DNA of 58,427 nucleotides, from assembly GCA_040882355.1 (NCBI GenBank), contig JBBEBM010000035.1, positions 62,001 through 120,427 of the forward strand, written 5' to 3'. The position numbers and the translations under genes were made by a program. The DNA comes from Dehalococcoidia bacterium (GTDB taxonomy: Bacteria; Chloroflexota; Dehalococcoidia; DSTF01; RBG-16-68-14). Numbering within the stretch: position 1 is the first letter of the stretch; the number at the start of each line of letters is the position of its first letter. Below the pieces are notes generated by a model that was not told where the DNA came from, did no database searches, and saw only the letters and a list, made by a program, of their open reading frames with translations. Positions 1 to 9,164 of the stretch are shown here, piece by piece.

Positions 1-132
1 GAACCCGAACCTGCTATATGCGCCACCTGTTCGCAACACGCGCAGTCCCAGCAAGTCGCTTCGATAGGGCCGTCCGCGCCGATACACCGCGCCAAACTCG
101 CGCCGATGGCGAAGTCGCTGCGCTCGCCGCAT
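1..132 (-). CDS. rnpA: ribonuclease P protein component, 5' part (runs off window edge)
   Basis: Manual translation MRRAQRLRHRREFGAVYRRGRPYRSDLLGLRVLRTGGAYSRFGF matches the RnpA N-terminus (RL..R.EF..VY..G...RFG); lies directly downstream of rpmH. Not in ORF track. Confidence 0.9.
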   Translation of the reverse strand, partial: MRRAQRLRHRREFGAVYRRGRPYRSDLLGLRVLRTGGAYSRFGF

Positions 133-164
133 GCCAACACATCGGAGCGCGCGGCCCGGCCGGA

Positions 165-302
165 CTACACGCTGAGCCGCTTCCGGCCTTTCAGTCGCCG
201 CGCTCGAAGCACGTTTCGACCGCCTGGCGTGGCCATGCGGGCCCGAAAGCCGTGGGTTCGTTTTCGTGGAATGCGTTTCGGCTGATAAGTGCGCTTCGGC
301 AC
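165..302 (-). CDS. rpmH: 50S ribosomal protein L34
   Basis: Manual translation (GTG start, GGAGG RBS): [45 protein letters not shown], with the KRTYQP/HGFRARM signature. Not in ORF track. Confidence 0.97.
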   Translation of the reverse strand: MPKRTYQPKRIPRKRTHGFRARMATPGGRNVLRARRLKGRKRLSV

Positions 303-334
303 ACTGCCTCCGTTCGTCCTTCAAGAATCGTCTC

Positions 335-363
335 AGTATAGAGGGCGGTCTCGGGTGGGTCAA
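335..363 (-). promoter_or_regulatory. sigma70-type promoter of rpmH-rnpA
   Basis: Minus strand TTGACC-N17-TATACT about 30 nt upstream of rpmH. Confidence 0.75.
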
Positions 364-389
364 TCGATTCGGACCGCGCGTCGCCTGCC

Positions 390-902
390 TCAGCGAGAGG
401 AAGGAGCTCCCTGTACCAGCCCTTCCCGCACCCGCCGCGCTTGCCACAGGTGTTCCAGGTCGTGTTCGTTCTGTTCCCGCGCAAGCTGCGTGATGCTCAC
501 CACGCCCCGGTACGGGTCGCTCCCTGTGCGCTCCCAGTCATCGCCTTCAAGGCTCCAGAGTAGGCTGACGGTTCGATGCCGCAGATACTCGAAGCGTTCC
601 ATCGCCTCATACAGGTCGATCTCGCCATAGTCCTGCTCGAGAAGCAGCATGTCCGCGTCGAACGCCGGCAACTGCGGGTTATCGCCGTCCACGATCCGCT
701 CCAGACACTCCAGAAGATGCTCCTCGCAGTCTCGTAGGTGGCCGGCGATCTCCTTCAGCGAAAGCTCGTCTTCCGAAGGCCTCCGTCGAACGTCGTCCTC
801 ATCCAACCCCCAGAGCTGCGATTCCAGCTCGTGCGCGGCTTCGCGCAGCGCCTTCAGCACCCACCGGGTCTCCTCGTATTCAGGGGCCGGTCGAGACATC
901 AT
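390..902 (-). CDS. DinB-family (DinB_2) protein
   Basis: SLKEIAGHLRD ... EHDLEHLWQ His pattern; 170 aa four-helix-bundle type. Confidence 0.8.
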   Translation of the reverse strand: MMSRPAPEYEETRWVLKALREAAHELESQLWGLDEDDVRRRPSEDELSLKEIAGHLRDCEEHLLECLERIVDGDNPQLPAFDADMLLLEQDYGEIDLYEAMERFEYLRHRTVSLLWSLEGDDWERTGSDPYRGVVSITQLAREQNEHDLEHLWQARRVREGLVQGAPSSR

Positions 903-966
903 GGGAGATCAGGGCCTATTGTAACAGATACCCTTCCGATGCGAAGCGCCGCGCTATGATGCGTCC

Positions 967-1578
967 ATGACCGGCTTTGAAGATCTCTGCGCCCGCGTTC
1001 GCCAGTGCTTCACCTGCGCGAGCATGACCCACGTCCACATCCTCGGCGCCGTCAACGGGCCGCTCGACGCCGACATCATGTTCATTGCCGAGGCCCCCGG
1101 CCGTCTGGGCGCCGTTCGCACCGGCGTGCCCATGACCTCCGACGTGACAGGGCGGCGCTTCCATGCCTTCCTTGCCGATGCCGGCATCGCGCCAGGCCGA
1201 GTCTTCGTCACGAATACCGTTCTCTGCCACCCCCGGACTGCCAACGGCAACAACCGTCGACCCAGCGTACGCGAAGTCGTCGCCTGCAACGACTTCCTGG
1301 CCGCGCAGCTCGAGCTTGTCGCGGCGCCCTTCATCGTCGCGCTCGGAGGCCTCGCTCTCGACGCAATCCGGCGCATTTCCCCGCACGAGGCCGTACTATC
1401 GCGCGACGTTGGCTCCGCCATTCCCTGGATCGCCGGCCCTGGCCGCGACCGCCTACTGGTCCCTCTCTATCACCCCAGCATCCAGTCGACGCTGACTCGC
1501 CCCCACGAGGCCCAACGTCGAGACTGGCGACGCCTCGGCGAGCTCGCCCGAGCCGTCCTCTCGCCGACCGCACGTTAG
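967..1578 (+). CDS. uracil-DNA glycosylase (family 4/5, Fe-S type)
   Basis: CxxC N-terminus, AEAPG motif A, TNTVLCHP, NRRP..E...C, LYHPS motif B. Confidence 0.88.
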   Translation: MTGFEDLCARVRQCFTCASMTHVHILGAVNGPLDADIMFIAEAPGRLGAVRTGVPMTSDVTGRRFHAFLADAGIAPGRVFVTNTVLCHPRTANGNNRRPSVREVVACNDFLAAQLELVAAPFIVALGGLALDAIRRISPHEAVLSRDVGSAIPWIAGPGRDRLLVPLYHPSIQSTLTRPHEAQRRDWRRLGELARAVLSPTAR

Positions 1579-1626
1579 TTCTCCTCCGTTTGCGCCGCCC
1601 TTCACAACCGCCTACGATGACCTCGC

Positions 1627-2457
1627 ATGAACATCGATGCCCTGCCTCAGACGCTGCTCCTCATCCTGGCCGAGTTCAGCGTCGGCAGCCTGATCGCCGT
1701 CCTCATCGCCGATGCCCGCGCCATGGTGCCCTCCAGCTTCGTGAAGCTCTCGGCCGTCATCATCGTGGCCGGGGCCGCGCTGGCGTTACTCGTGGCATTC
1801 AGCGTCAATGGGGTCGAAATAGCAGGCTACAACCTCGCCGACGGCCTGCTCGGTCCAATCCAGGCTGTCCTCGTCGCATTTGCCACCATCGTCATGGTCT
1901 ACGCCTGGCTCGTTCTCTCTAATTCTCGTGACCTCTCGCTCCGCATCGGCGTCATCGGAGCCGCCGCTGGCCTCGTCGCGTTGGGCTTGCTTGCCTACCA
2001 GGTCAGTCCGCCCGCGTGGAGTGTGGCCGGAACGCTGACCAGCCTGCTTGTCGGGGCGCTCGCCCTGGGCCTGGTGACCGAGGCGATGGTGCTCGGCCAC
2101 TGGTACCTGGTGTCGCCCAAGTTGCCAGGGCGCCCGCTCCAGGAGCTGACCTTCCTGCTCCTGGCGGTCCTTTGCCTCCAGGCGGTCGTGCTCATTGTGA
2201 ACGCGTCGATACCCGCCCGTGAGGCACCCGACAGCGCAGCTCTGCTGGCCGGCACGCTCGGCTCCAACCCGGCGTTCTGGCTCCGCGTCGGCGTCGGACT
2301 GATCTTCCCCATCGCCCTCGCCTACATGGCGTGGCGGTCCAGCAAGGAGAACGCGATGATGTCCGCGACTGGCCTCCTCTACATCGCGGTTGGCGCGGTC
2401 TTCGTCGGCGAACTGCTGGCGCGTGGCCTCCTCTTCGTCACCGCGGCGCCCGTATAA
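1627..2457 (+). CDS. polytopic membrane protein (about 8 TM), unknown function
   Basis: Highly hydrophobic; MVLGHWYLVSP and SATGLLY motifs. Confidence 0.75.
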   Translation: MNIDALPQTLLLILAEFSVGSLIAVLIADARAMVPSSFVKLSAVIIVAGAALALLVAFSVNGVEIAGYNLADGLLGPIQAVLVAFATIVMVYAWLVLSNSRDLSLRIGVIGAAAGLVALGLLAYQVSPPAWSVAGTLTSLLVGALALGLVTEAMVLGHWYLVSPKLPGRPLQELTFLLLAVLCLQAVVLIVNASIPAREAPDSAALLAGTLGSNPAFWLRVGVGLIFPIALAYMAWRSSKENAMMSATGLLYIAVGAVFVGELLARGLLFVTAAPV

Positions 2458-2497
2458 TGAGCAGCGTGACACCCGGCGACTCACACGGCGCCGACTG

Positions 2498-3055
2498 ATG
2501 GACCGAACGTCCGCCTGGGCCCTGCTCTGCGAGTACACACAGGGCGACGGCCTGCGCAAGCATGGCCTCGCGGTCGAGGCTGTGATGCGCCACTTCGCGC
2601 GCAAGCACGGTGAGGACGAAGAGACGTGGGGCATCACCGGGCTCCTGCACGACTTCGACTACGAACAGCACCCCACCGCCGAGCAGCACCCGGTGGAGGG
2701 CTCGAAGATCCTGCGGGAGCGCGGTTACCCAGAGGACGTCGTGCGCGCGATCCTCGGTCACGCCGACTACACCGGCGTCCCACGCGACACCACGATGGCG
2801 AAGGTGCTCTACGCCGTGGACGAGCTGACCGGGTTCATCACCGCCGTCGCCCTCGTGCGGCCGAACAAGCGCCTCGCCGAGGTGGAGCCCGCGTCGGTGC
2901 GCAAGAAGATGAAGGACAAGGCGTTCGCGCGCTCGGTGAACCGCGACGACATCCTCAAGGGCGCGGACGAGCTCGGCGTCGAACTCGACGCCCACATCGC
3001 CGAGGTGATCCGGGCGATGCTGCCGGTGGCCGCTGACCTCGGCCTGGCCGGCTGA
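2498..3055 (+). CDS. HDIG/HD-domain hydrolase
   Basis: LRKHGLAVE, GLLHDFDYE, AVDELTGFI, KKMKDKAFA; start moved to ATG 2498. Confidence 0.88.
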   Translation: MDRTSAWALLCEYTQGDGLRKHGLAVEAVMRHFARKHGEDEETWGITGLLHDFDYEQHPTAEQHPVEGSKILRERGYPEDVVRAILGHADYTGVPRDTTMAKVLYAVDELTGFITAVALVRPNKRLAEVEPASVRKKMKDKAFARSVNRDDILKGADELGVELDAHIAEVIRAMLPVAADLGLAG

Positions 3056-3138
3056 GCCCCCCGGCTCCCCCGAAGAACGGCGGAACGTGCGGTCGCCAGG
3101 CCCAGCGCCCCCTTTCAGGCGCCTTCAAGTCCGCGCCT

Positions 3139-3168
3139 TTGTCGAGCCCACAGGCGCTGTGCTAGACT
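3139..3168 (+). promoter_or_regulatory. putative promoter of tRNA-His
   Basis: TTGTCG-N18-TAGACT with extended -10 TG. Confidence 0.55.
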
Positions 3169-3207
3169 TTCGGTAGGCCCCGGAGCCAACCGAGCCCGGG
3201 GCTTCAT

Positions 3208-3284
3208 GGTGGGCGTAGCCGAGCGGTTAAGGCGCCAGGTTGTGGCCCTGGAGATCGAGGGTTCGAATCCCTCCGTCCACCCCA
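3208..3284 (+). tRNA. tRNA-His(GUG)
   Basis: Cloverleaf: acceptor GTGGGCG/CGTCCAC with G-1:C73, anticodon loop TT-GTG-GC, GTTCGAATC T-loop, encoded CCA. Confidence 0.97.
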
Positions 3285-3323
3285 ACGCTCACCAAAGCCG
3301 CTGCCCCGGCCGGCCGGGGCGTT

Positions 3324-4358
3324 ATGAGGTGTCTCCTGCGACTCGGCCTGCCCCTCGCGCTGCTGTCAGGCGCCCTGCTTCTCGCGACCGTCGCCTGCGA
3401 CAGCGCCGATGACGAACGCATCGCCGCGCTTATTCGCGGCCTGCTCCTCGCCGGCAGATCTGCTGACGCCGGCGAAATGGAGACCTTCGTTGGCGAGCTG
3501 CCGCCTGACCTGCCCGTCGAGCCTCCCCTCTACCCCGACGCGGAGACCGTCGTCTCCAGTCAGCAGCCCGCAACCACCAGCGCCCCGACCGAAGACGGCA
3601 CCGAAGCACCAGCGCAAGGCATGCTCTACTTCATCGTGCTCGACACCGAAGACAAGCGCGCTGGTGTTGCCGAGTTCTACGAACGCGAGCTGGACGAGGA
3701 GCCCTGGCAGCTCGAAGACACAGCCTCCACCAGGAACCAGGATGTCTTCTACTTCTCAGACGCCTCGGACCCGGACATCAGCGGAGTCGTCGCCGTCGCG
3801 CGCGGCGAAGACGACGAGCGCTCGAGCGTGTTCATCTCGCTGCAGGACGCCGGCGCGGAGATCGTGGAGGAGCCACCGTTCGAGCTGAGCGAGACCCTGG
3901 CGCTCCCGAAGGAGTTCCCGGAAGACATCCCTGTCTACGACGGCTCGACCGTCACGAGCACCGCGTTCCATCGAGCGCCCGGCACTGAGAGCTTCCTCGT
4001 GATCGTCCTCACCACCGACGCTCAGGACGACGTCATCGACTTCTACCGCGAGGCGTTCGAAGAGCTGGGCTGGACGGTCGAGGACACCCCCGCGGAAGGC
4101 CTAGCGACCAGCATCGAGTTCAGCGACGAGTCGGGCGACATCCAGGGCACGGTCACGGCCGATCGCTTTGCGCAGGACAACGACTACACCGAGGTCACGA
4201 TCCAGATCCAGGCGACCCCTTCGCTCGAGCCCGCCGGCGACGAGACCTCAACCCCTGAGGACGGCGACACGCCCGAGCCGCCCGATGAAGTGACGCCAGC
4301 GCCCACCGCGGACGCCACCGCCGAGCCGACGTCCCCTGGCGCCCTCGCCCCTCGGTAA
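3324..4358 (+). CDS. acidic lipoprotein with two internally repeated domains
   Basis: Signal peptide with LATVAC lipobox; duplicated LP..P.Y.(D/G)...V.(E/D)FY...W units; Pro/Thr/Glu tail. Confidence 0.75.
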   Translation: MRCLLRLGLPLALLSGALLLATVACDSADDERIAALIRGLLLAGRSADAGEMETFVGELPPDLPVEPPLYPDAETVVSSQQPATTSAPTEDGTEAPAQGMLYFIVLDTEDKRAGVAEFYERELDEEPWQLEDTASTRNQDVFYFSDASDPDISGVVAVARGEDDERSSVFISLQDAGAEIVEEPPFELSETLALPKEFPEDIPVYDGSTVTSTAFHRAPGTESFLVIVLTTDAQDDVIDFYREAFEELGWTVEDTPAEGLATSIEFSDESGDIQGTVTADRFAQDNDYTEVTIQIQATPSLEPAGDETSTPEDGDTPEPPDEVTPAPTADATAEPTSPGALAPR

Positions 4359-4386
4359 CCAACGCCGCCCATCGCCGGCGCCCCAA

Positions 4387-4416
4387 TTGAGGGCCGCGAT
4401 CCGAGCGTGGTAGACT
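4387..4416 (+). promoter_or_regulatory. putative promoter of tRNA-Arg
   Basis: TTGAGG-N18-TAGACT with extended -10 TG, 7 nt before the tRNA. Confidence 0.55.
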
Positions 4417-4423
4417 GAGTCAC

Positions 4424-4499
4424 GCGCTCGTAGCTCAGTGGATAGAGCATCGGTCTTCGGAACCGAGGGTCGGGGGTTCGAATCCCTCCGAGCGCGCCA
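4424..4499 (+). tRNA. tRNA-Arg(UCG)
   Basis: Acceptor GCGCTCG/CGAGCGC, anticodon arm TCGGT-CT-TCG-GA-ACCGA, GTTCGAATC, CCA. Confidence 0.97.
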
Positions 4500-4520
4500 C
4501 TTTGCGTCGTTTGGTACCTT

Positions 4521-4901
4521 CTAGGCCTTCGCCCGGTGGCGCTCACTCACCTGCAGCAGCTCGCGGCCCAGGCGGTCCGTGTCGACGTGCTTGAGCAGGC
4601 AGTCGTTCACGCCGGCCTTCTCCAGCGGCTTCCAGCGTTCCGGCGTCATGAAGGACGCCAGCGCGACGAGCGGCGCCCCCACCAGCGCGCGCAGGTCCCG
4701 GCAGAGGGCGGCCTCCGATCCGTCTCGCTGGTGCAGGTCGACGAGCACCACGTCGACTTCCTTCCCGTCAAGCAGGCGGGTCACCTCAGTAGCGTCGCGC
4801 GCGGCCCCGACGAGCTCGACGCCTTCGATGCGGCGCAGCCGCTGCGCGAGTCCGGTGCGCGCATCGTCCTCCACGTCAACCAACAGTACCCGTGCTCTCA
4901 T
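4521..4901 (-). CDS. stand-alone response-regulator receiver domain
   Basis: RVLLVD, DVVLVD, LLK receiver pattern; 126 aa with no output domain. Confidence 0.8.
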   Translation of the reverse strand: MRARVLLVDVEDDARTGLAQRLRRIEGVELVGAARDATEVTRLLDGKEVDVVLVDLHQRDGSEAALCRDLRALVGAPLVALASFMTPERWKPLEKAGVNDCLLKHVDTDRLGRELLQVSERHRAKA

Positions 4902-5410
4902 GCCGCCACCGCCTGCCGCCGCCTGGCCGACAGCCCCCCCGTGCCGGCATCGTCCGCACGGATCGAGACGCCGCCTGCGATACCAGCGCGTAGCCTCGCG
5001 CCGTCAGAGGCGCGGTCCGAGATGCCCTCATGCACGTCCATCATGATCAGATCGTAGGCGCCGGCCCGTGCCTCGTTCGCGATCTCGGTCCTTGGATCGC
5101 CGGAGCGCACCACAGCCTGGACACGCGCGCCCGCGCCTTCGAGCTGGCCGGCCACGCCCTCCAGGTACTCGAGCAGCTCGCGCTCTCGCGCCTTGGCGGC
5201 GCGCCCGAGAACGGTGACCACGACGCCTGCCGGACTCAAGACCAACGGCCTCCCTATGGCCGCCGCAGCACAGCGCTCACCGACGTCGGGCGGATCACCG
5301 TCCACAAGCAGGAGCGTCACGTGCGAGGCCACTCGCTGGATGCATTCGCGCAGATTCGGCAGGACTTGCTGGGGAAAGCCGTTCGAATCGACCGGGATGA
5401 GCACCTTCAT
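4898..5410 (-). CDS. universal stress protein
   Basis: MKVLIPVDS ... GDPRTEI...A....DLIMM; start at ATG 5410. Confidence 0.8.
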   Translation of the reverse strand: MKVLIPVDSNGFPQQVLPNLRECIQRVASHVTLLLVDGDPPDVGERCAAAAIGRPLVLSPAGVVVTVLGRAAKARERELLEYLEGVAGQLEGAGARVQAVVRSGDPRTEIANEARAGAYDLIMMDVHEGISDRASDGARLRAGIAGGVSIRADDAGTGGLSARRRQAVAA

Positions 5411-5466
5411 GGCTGACGTACCTTTCGCGTGCTGCTCTAGAGTACGGTCAGCCAGGTCACCGCTCA

Positions 5467-5507
5467 TAGGCCCAAAGCGCCTTTGGCCCTAAGGCCAGAC
5501 GGCCCTA
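5467..5507. promoter_or_regulatory. DosR/DevR-box-like palindromes upstream of the USP gene
   Basis: TAAGGCC-AGAC-GGCCCTA (5490-5507) plus adjacent degenerate copies; resembles the TxGGGxC-N4-GxCCCxA DosR box. Confidence 0.5.
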
Positions 5508-5536
5508 TCTCGATTCGCCTAGAGGTGGGGACTGTT

Positions 5537-6187
5537 CTATCGCTGCCCGGTACGGCGCCGGGCGATGAAGGCCGCCGCTTCCGAACGGCGGCGGAGGTTC
5601 AGCTTGCTGAGGATGCTGCTCACGTAGTTCTTCACGGTCTTGTCGCTGAGGAATACCTCCTCCGCGATCTCCTTGTTCGTCTTGCCCTCAGCGATCAGAT
5701 CGAGGATCTTCTGCTCCTGCTCGGAAAGGAGCGCCAGGTCGTCGTCCTGTTCGGTCTTGCCGCTGCGCAGGCGCTCGAGCACTCGCGCCGTCACGCCGGG
5801 GTCGAGCAGCGACTCGCCGGCGGCGACACGGCGGAGCGCTTCCAGCAGATCGCTGCTCCGCGTCTGCTTCAGCAGATAGCCGCTGGCGCCGGCCATGATC
5901 GAGTTCAGCACCGCCTCATCGTCCGCGTAAGAGGTTAGCATCAGCACCTTCGTCTCCGGGCGCTCCGTGCGGATCTCGCGGCAGGCCTCGACACCACTGC
6001 CATCCGGAAGCCGCACGTCCATGACGATCACGTCGGGCGCGTGCTTGCGAGCAGCCTCCACCGCTGATGCGACGGAGTCCGCTTCGCCGACAAGCCCGAA
6101 CTCGGTGCGCTTCTGAATGAGCGAACGCAGGCCTTCGCGCACCACGTCGTGGTCGTCCACGATGAGCACGCGCACTTGCTCCGGCAT
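5537..6187 (-). CDS. NarL-family response regulator, DosR/DevR-like
   Basis: VDDHDVVREG, MDVRLPDGSG, LTSYADDEA, AGASGYLLK, LuxR HTH KTVKNYVSSILSKL. Confidence 0.92.
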   Translation of the reverse strand: MPEQVRVLIVDDHDVVREGLRSLIQKRTEFGLVGEADSVASAVEAARKHAPDVIVMDVRLPDGSGVEACREIRTERPETKVLMLTSYADDEAVLNSIMAGASGYLLKQTRSSDLLEALRRVAAGESLLDPGVTARVLERLRSGKTEQDDDLALLSEQEQKILDLIAEGKTNKEIAEEVFLSDKTVKNYVSSILSKLNLRRRSEAAAFIARRRTGQR

Positions 6188-7383
6188 TAGCTGTCACCTC
6201 CGGCGGCGAGCGGCAGCTCGATCACGATCTCCGAACCCCTGCCCGGCTCAGATTGTACCGCAAACGTGCCACCCAGGCGTTCGAGACGCTCACGCATGTT
6301 CTTTAGCCCCTGGCCGCTGTTCGCAGCGGCCGGCTCGAAGCCGGCGCCGTTATCGCTGATCGTCATGCGGAAGGCGCTGTTGCGCTTTTCGAGCCGCGCT
6401 GAGACGCTGGACGCGTGCGCGTGCTTGCGAGCGTTCGTGAGCGCCTCCTGGGCGACGAGAAAGAGGGCGCTCGTTTCGTCCTCGGAGAGGCCCTGGCAGG
6501 CGCCCGGTTCCTCGTTCAGCTCGACGCTCATGAGAGCGTTGACCTTCAGCTCCTGGAGAAGAGCGCCCACCGCGCCCGCCAGGTCCGTATCCGCCAGCAC
6601 GCCGGGGCGCAGGCGGAAGATGTAGCTTCGAATGTCGGCGATGACCTGGTTGAGCTGGTCGATCGACTTCGTCAGCTCCTCCGCCACGGCGGCTGGCTGC
6701 TCCTCGACGTCTTCGAGGCAGGTCTCGAGCTTGAGGCCGGTCGCGTAGAGCGACTGGATGACGCCATCGTGGAGGTCCATGCTGATCCGGTCGCGCTCCT
6801 CCAGCACCGCCAGGTCCTGCACTTGACGGTGGAGCTGCGCGTTGCGGATCGCCATCGCCGCCTGGGCAGCGAAGAGCACGAGCAGGTTCTCGTCCTCCGG
6901 CGTGAAGTCCTCGGCGTTCTCCTTCTCAGTGAGGTAGAGGTTGCCCAGCGTTTCGTCGCCGTGGCGGACCGGCGCGCCGAGGAAGGTCTTCATGGCAGGA
7001 TGGTGCGCAGGAAAGCCAGCCGATCGCGGGTGCTTTGTCAGGTCGCCGAGGCGCAGCGGTTCCTGAAGATCGCGGAGCCAGCCGAGGATGCCCAGGCCCT
7101 CCGGCAGGCGGCCGATCCGCTCCCGCTCTTCGTCGCTCAGGCCGTGCGTGATGAACTGCTGGATGCGGCCCTCGCCGTCGAACACCCCGAGGGCCCCGTA
7201 GCGCGCGCCCGTGAGATCGCAAGCGCAATCGATTACGTCCTGAAAGACAGTCTCGATATCGAGAGACGAGGCGATTCGCCTGCCGAGCTGGCTCAGGAGC
7301 ACGAGGCGCTTTCGCAGGCGCTCCGTTTCCGCACGCAGGTTGGTGAGCTCACGCTCCCGGCGGCCCTGGCGTTCTTCTTCCAT
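6187..7383 (-). CDS. GAF sensor histidine kinase, DosS/DevS-like (HisKA_3)
   Basis: GAF with GFPAHHPAMKTFLGAP/GNLYLTEK; ERDRISMDLHDGVIQ H-box; EALTNARKH, DNGAGF, GQGL. Confidence 0.92.
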   Translation of the reverse strand: MEEERQGRRERELTNLRAETERLRKRLVLLSQLGRRIASSLDIETVFQDVIDCACDLTGARYGALGVFDGEGRIQQFITHGLSDEERERIGRLPEGLGILGWLRDLQEPLRLGDLTKHPRSAGFPAHHPAMKTFLGAPVRHGDETLGNLYLTEKENAEDFTPEDENLLVLFAAQAAMAIRNAQLHRQVQDLAVLEERDRISMDLHDGVIQSLYATGLKLETCLEDVEEQPAAVAEELTKSIDQLNQVIADIRSYIFRLRPGVLADTDLAGAVGALLQELKVNALMSVELNEEPGACQGLSEDETSALFLVAQEALTNARKHAHASSVSARLEKRNSAFRMTISDNGAGFEPAAANSGQGLKNMRERLERLGGTFAVQSEPGRGSEIVIELPLAAGGDS

Positions 7384-7624
7384 CGCGGCACCCGCTCATC
7401 GCTGCTGACCGCGCCGAAACATTCGGCGGCAAGACATGCAGCACGTGGAGTATATCGGCCCCAGCCGTGGATTCGCTGCGCGCCACCTCCCGAATTCTGA
7501 GGAACCAGGCTATGCCTCTGCCGCAATCGCGTCGATCTGTGCGACGTTCACGCGTGCGGCGGCGAGTTCTTCCCCTCGAGGGTCACGAGGTCGCGCTCGA
7601 ATTCAGAACGCATCGCGCGGCGCT

Positions 7625-8506
7625 CTACAGCAGGCCAGCGTCCTTCAGCACACGCTCAGTCGTCGCGCCGATCTCAGCCGGCGACTCGCAGATCGTGGCG
7701 CCGGCTGCGGCGAGCGCCTCCTGTTTCGACTTCGCGGTACCCGTGTCGCCGGCGATGATCGCGCCGGCGTGGCCCATCCGGCGCCCGGGCGGTGCCGTCG
7801 CGCCCGCGATGAACGCGATGACCGGCTTACGCATGTGCTGCACGTACTCCGCTGCCTCTTGCTCCGCGCTGCCGCCGATCTCGCCTATGAGCACGACGGC
7901 GGCCGTCTCCGGGTCCTGGTCGAACAGCTCCAACGCCTCGCATTGCGTGGTGCCGATCACCGGATCGCCGCCCACGCCGACGCAGGTCGACTGGCCGATC
8001 CCGCGCGCCGAGAGCTGCGCGACGGCCTCGTAGACAAGCGTGCCGCTGCGCGACACCACGCCGACAGCGCCCGGCGAGAAGACGTCGCCCGGCATGATGC
8101 CGACGCGACACTCGCCAGGCGTGATCACCCCCGGGCAGTTTGGCCCGATCAGCCGCGAGCCGCTACCTTGCACCGCGCGCTTCACGCGCACCATGTCGAG
8201 CGTCGGGATGCCCTCTGTGATACAGACCACGAGCGGCACATGGGCGTCGGTCGCTTCCAGGATCGCGTCCGCGGCGAAGGGAGGCGGCACGAAGATCAAC
8301 GAGCAATCGGCGCCGGTCTCGCGCACGGCCTGCGTCATCGTATCGAAGACGGGGACGCGCTCGAATGCCTGACCGCCGCGCCCCGGCGTCACCCCGGCGA
8401 CGACCTTCGTCCCGTACTCGATGCAGCGTTGCGCCTGAAAGCTGCCTTCGCGGCCGGTGATCCCCTGGATCACCACGCGGGTCGATTGGTTGACAAGAAT
8501 GCTCAC
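7625..8506 (-). CDS. sucD: succinyl-CoA synthetase alpha subunit
   Basis: [29 protein letters not shown]. Confidence 0.97.
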   Translation of the reverse strand: MSILVNQSTRVVIQGITGREGSFQAQRCIEYGTKVVAGVTPGRGGQAFERVPVFDTMTQAVRETGADCSLIFVPPPFAADAILEATDAHVPLVVCITEGIPTLDMVRVKRAVQGSGSRLIGPNCPGVITPGECRVGIMPGDVFSPGAVGVVSRSGTLVYEAVAQLSARGIGQSTCVGVGGDPVIGTTQCEALELFDQDPETAAVVLIGEIGGSAEQEAAEYVQHMRKPVIAFIAGATAPPGRRMGHAGAIIAGDTGTAKSKQEALAAAGATICESPAEIGATTERVLKDAGLL

Positions 8507-9162
8507 GGAATCCTCCTCACACGCGTTCGCAAGACGAGGCCAGCAACGACAGCCGCGAGACCGACAGCGGCGATTACGGAGCCTACCGTCGGGAGCGCAT
8601 CGAAACCGCCTCGCCGCGCCGGTCCCAGACCAAGCGACGGCAACGACGCTGCCCCGGGAAACGACCTGAGTCGTTGGAGCGCGCGTTGGTATTCAGGGTC
8701 CTGCGGGCCTTCGCCTATGTAGAACGAGTCCAACAAGGAGGGCCTGTATGTGCCATCATCGTTTCGCGACAGGCCCATGACTGCGTACTGACCGGTGGGA
8801 TCTTCGTTGAACGCGCCGCATGCGCCTGAGGATCCGATCCACTCGTATTTGGTATGTCCCGACAGGGGAAGGCTGAGAGAGAACGGGTCAACGAGTGCGA
8901 TAACATCACCGGCAACGGATCCCTTGAGGACGTGCGCGACGTCCATTTTCACACGCACCGTCAAGTAGTTATTGTTTCCAGGTGGCGTGTCTGGCAGAAC
9001 GTCGTAGCCCAGAAAGCGCCCTTCGACGATTACATCTGACGTCGCAACCGGATCGTATTCCGGACCCGCACTGCAGGCGAAGGCTCGTCTTGGTGACACG
9101 GCAAATGCGGTGATGCCTACGAGCATCGCCGCGCACAAGCCGACGGTGATCGACCGCCACAT
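8503..9162 (-). CDS. secreted protein with C-terminal sorting-signal-like anchor
   Basis: Signal peptide ending AFA|CS; LPSLG/LPTVG, hydrophobic stretch and basic tail; GTGA overlap with sucD start. Confidence 0.7.
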   Translation of the reverse strand: MWRSITVGLCAAMLVGITAFAVSPRRAFACSAGPEYDPVATSDVIVEGRFLGYDVLPDTPPGNNNYLTVRVKMDVAHVLKGSVAGDVIALVDPFSLSLPLSGHTKYEWIGSSGACGAFNEDPTGQYAVMGLSRNDDGTYRPSLLDSFYIGEGPQDPEYQRALQRLRSFPGAASLPSLGLGPARRGGFDALPTVGSVIAAVGLAAVVAGLVLRTRVRRIP

Positions 9163-9164
9163 GG

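Noticed and set aside
18..493. ORF-track calls 18..341, 191..484 and 266..493
   Set aside because: The region is explained by rpmH, rnpA and their promoter on the minus strand
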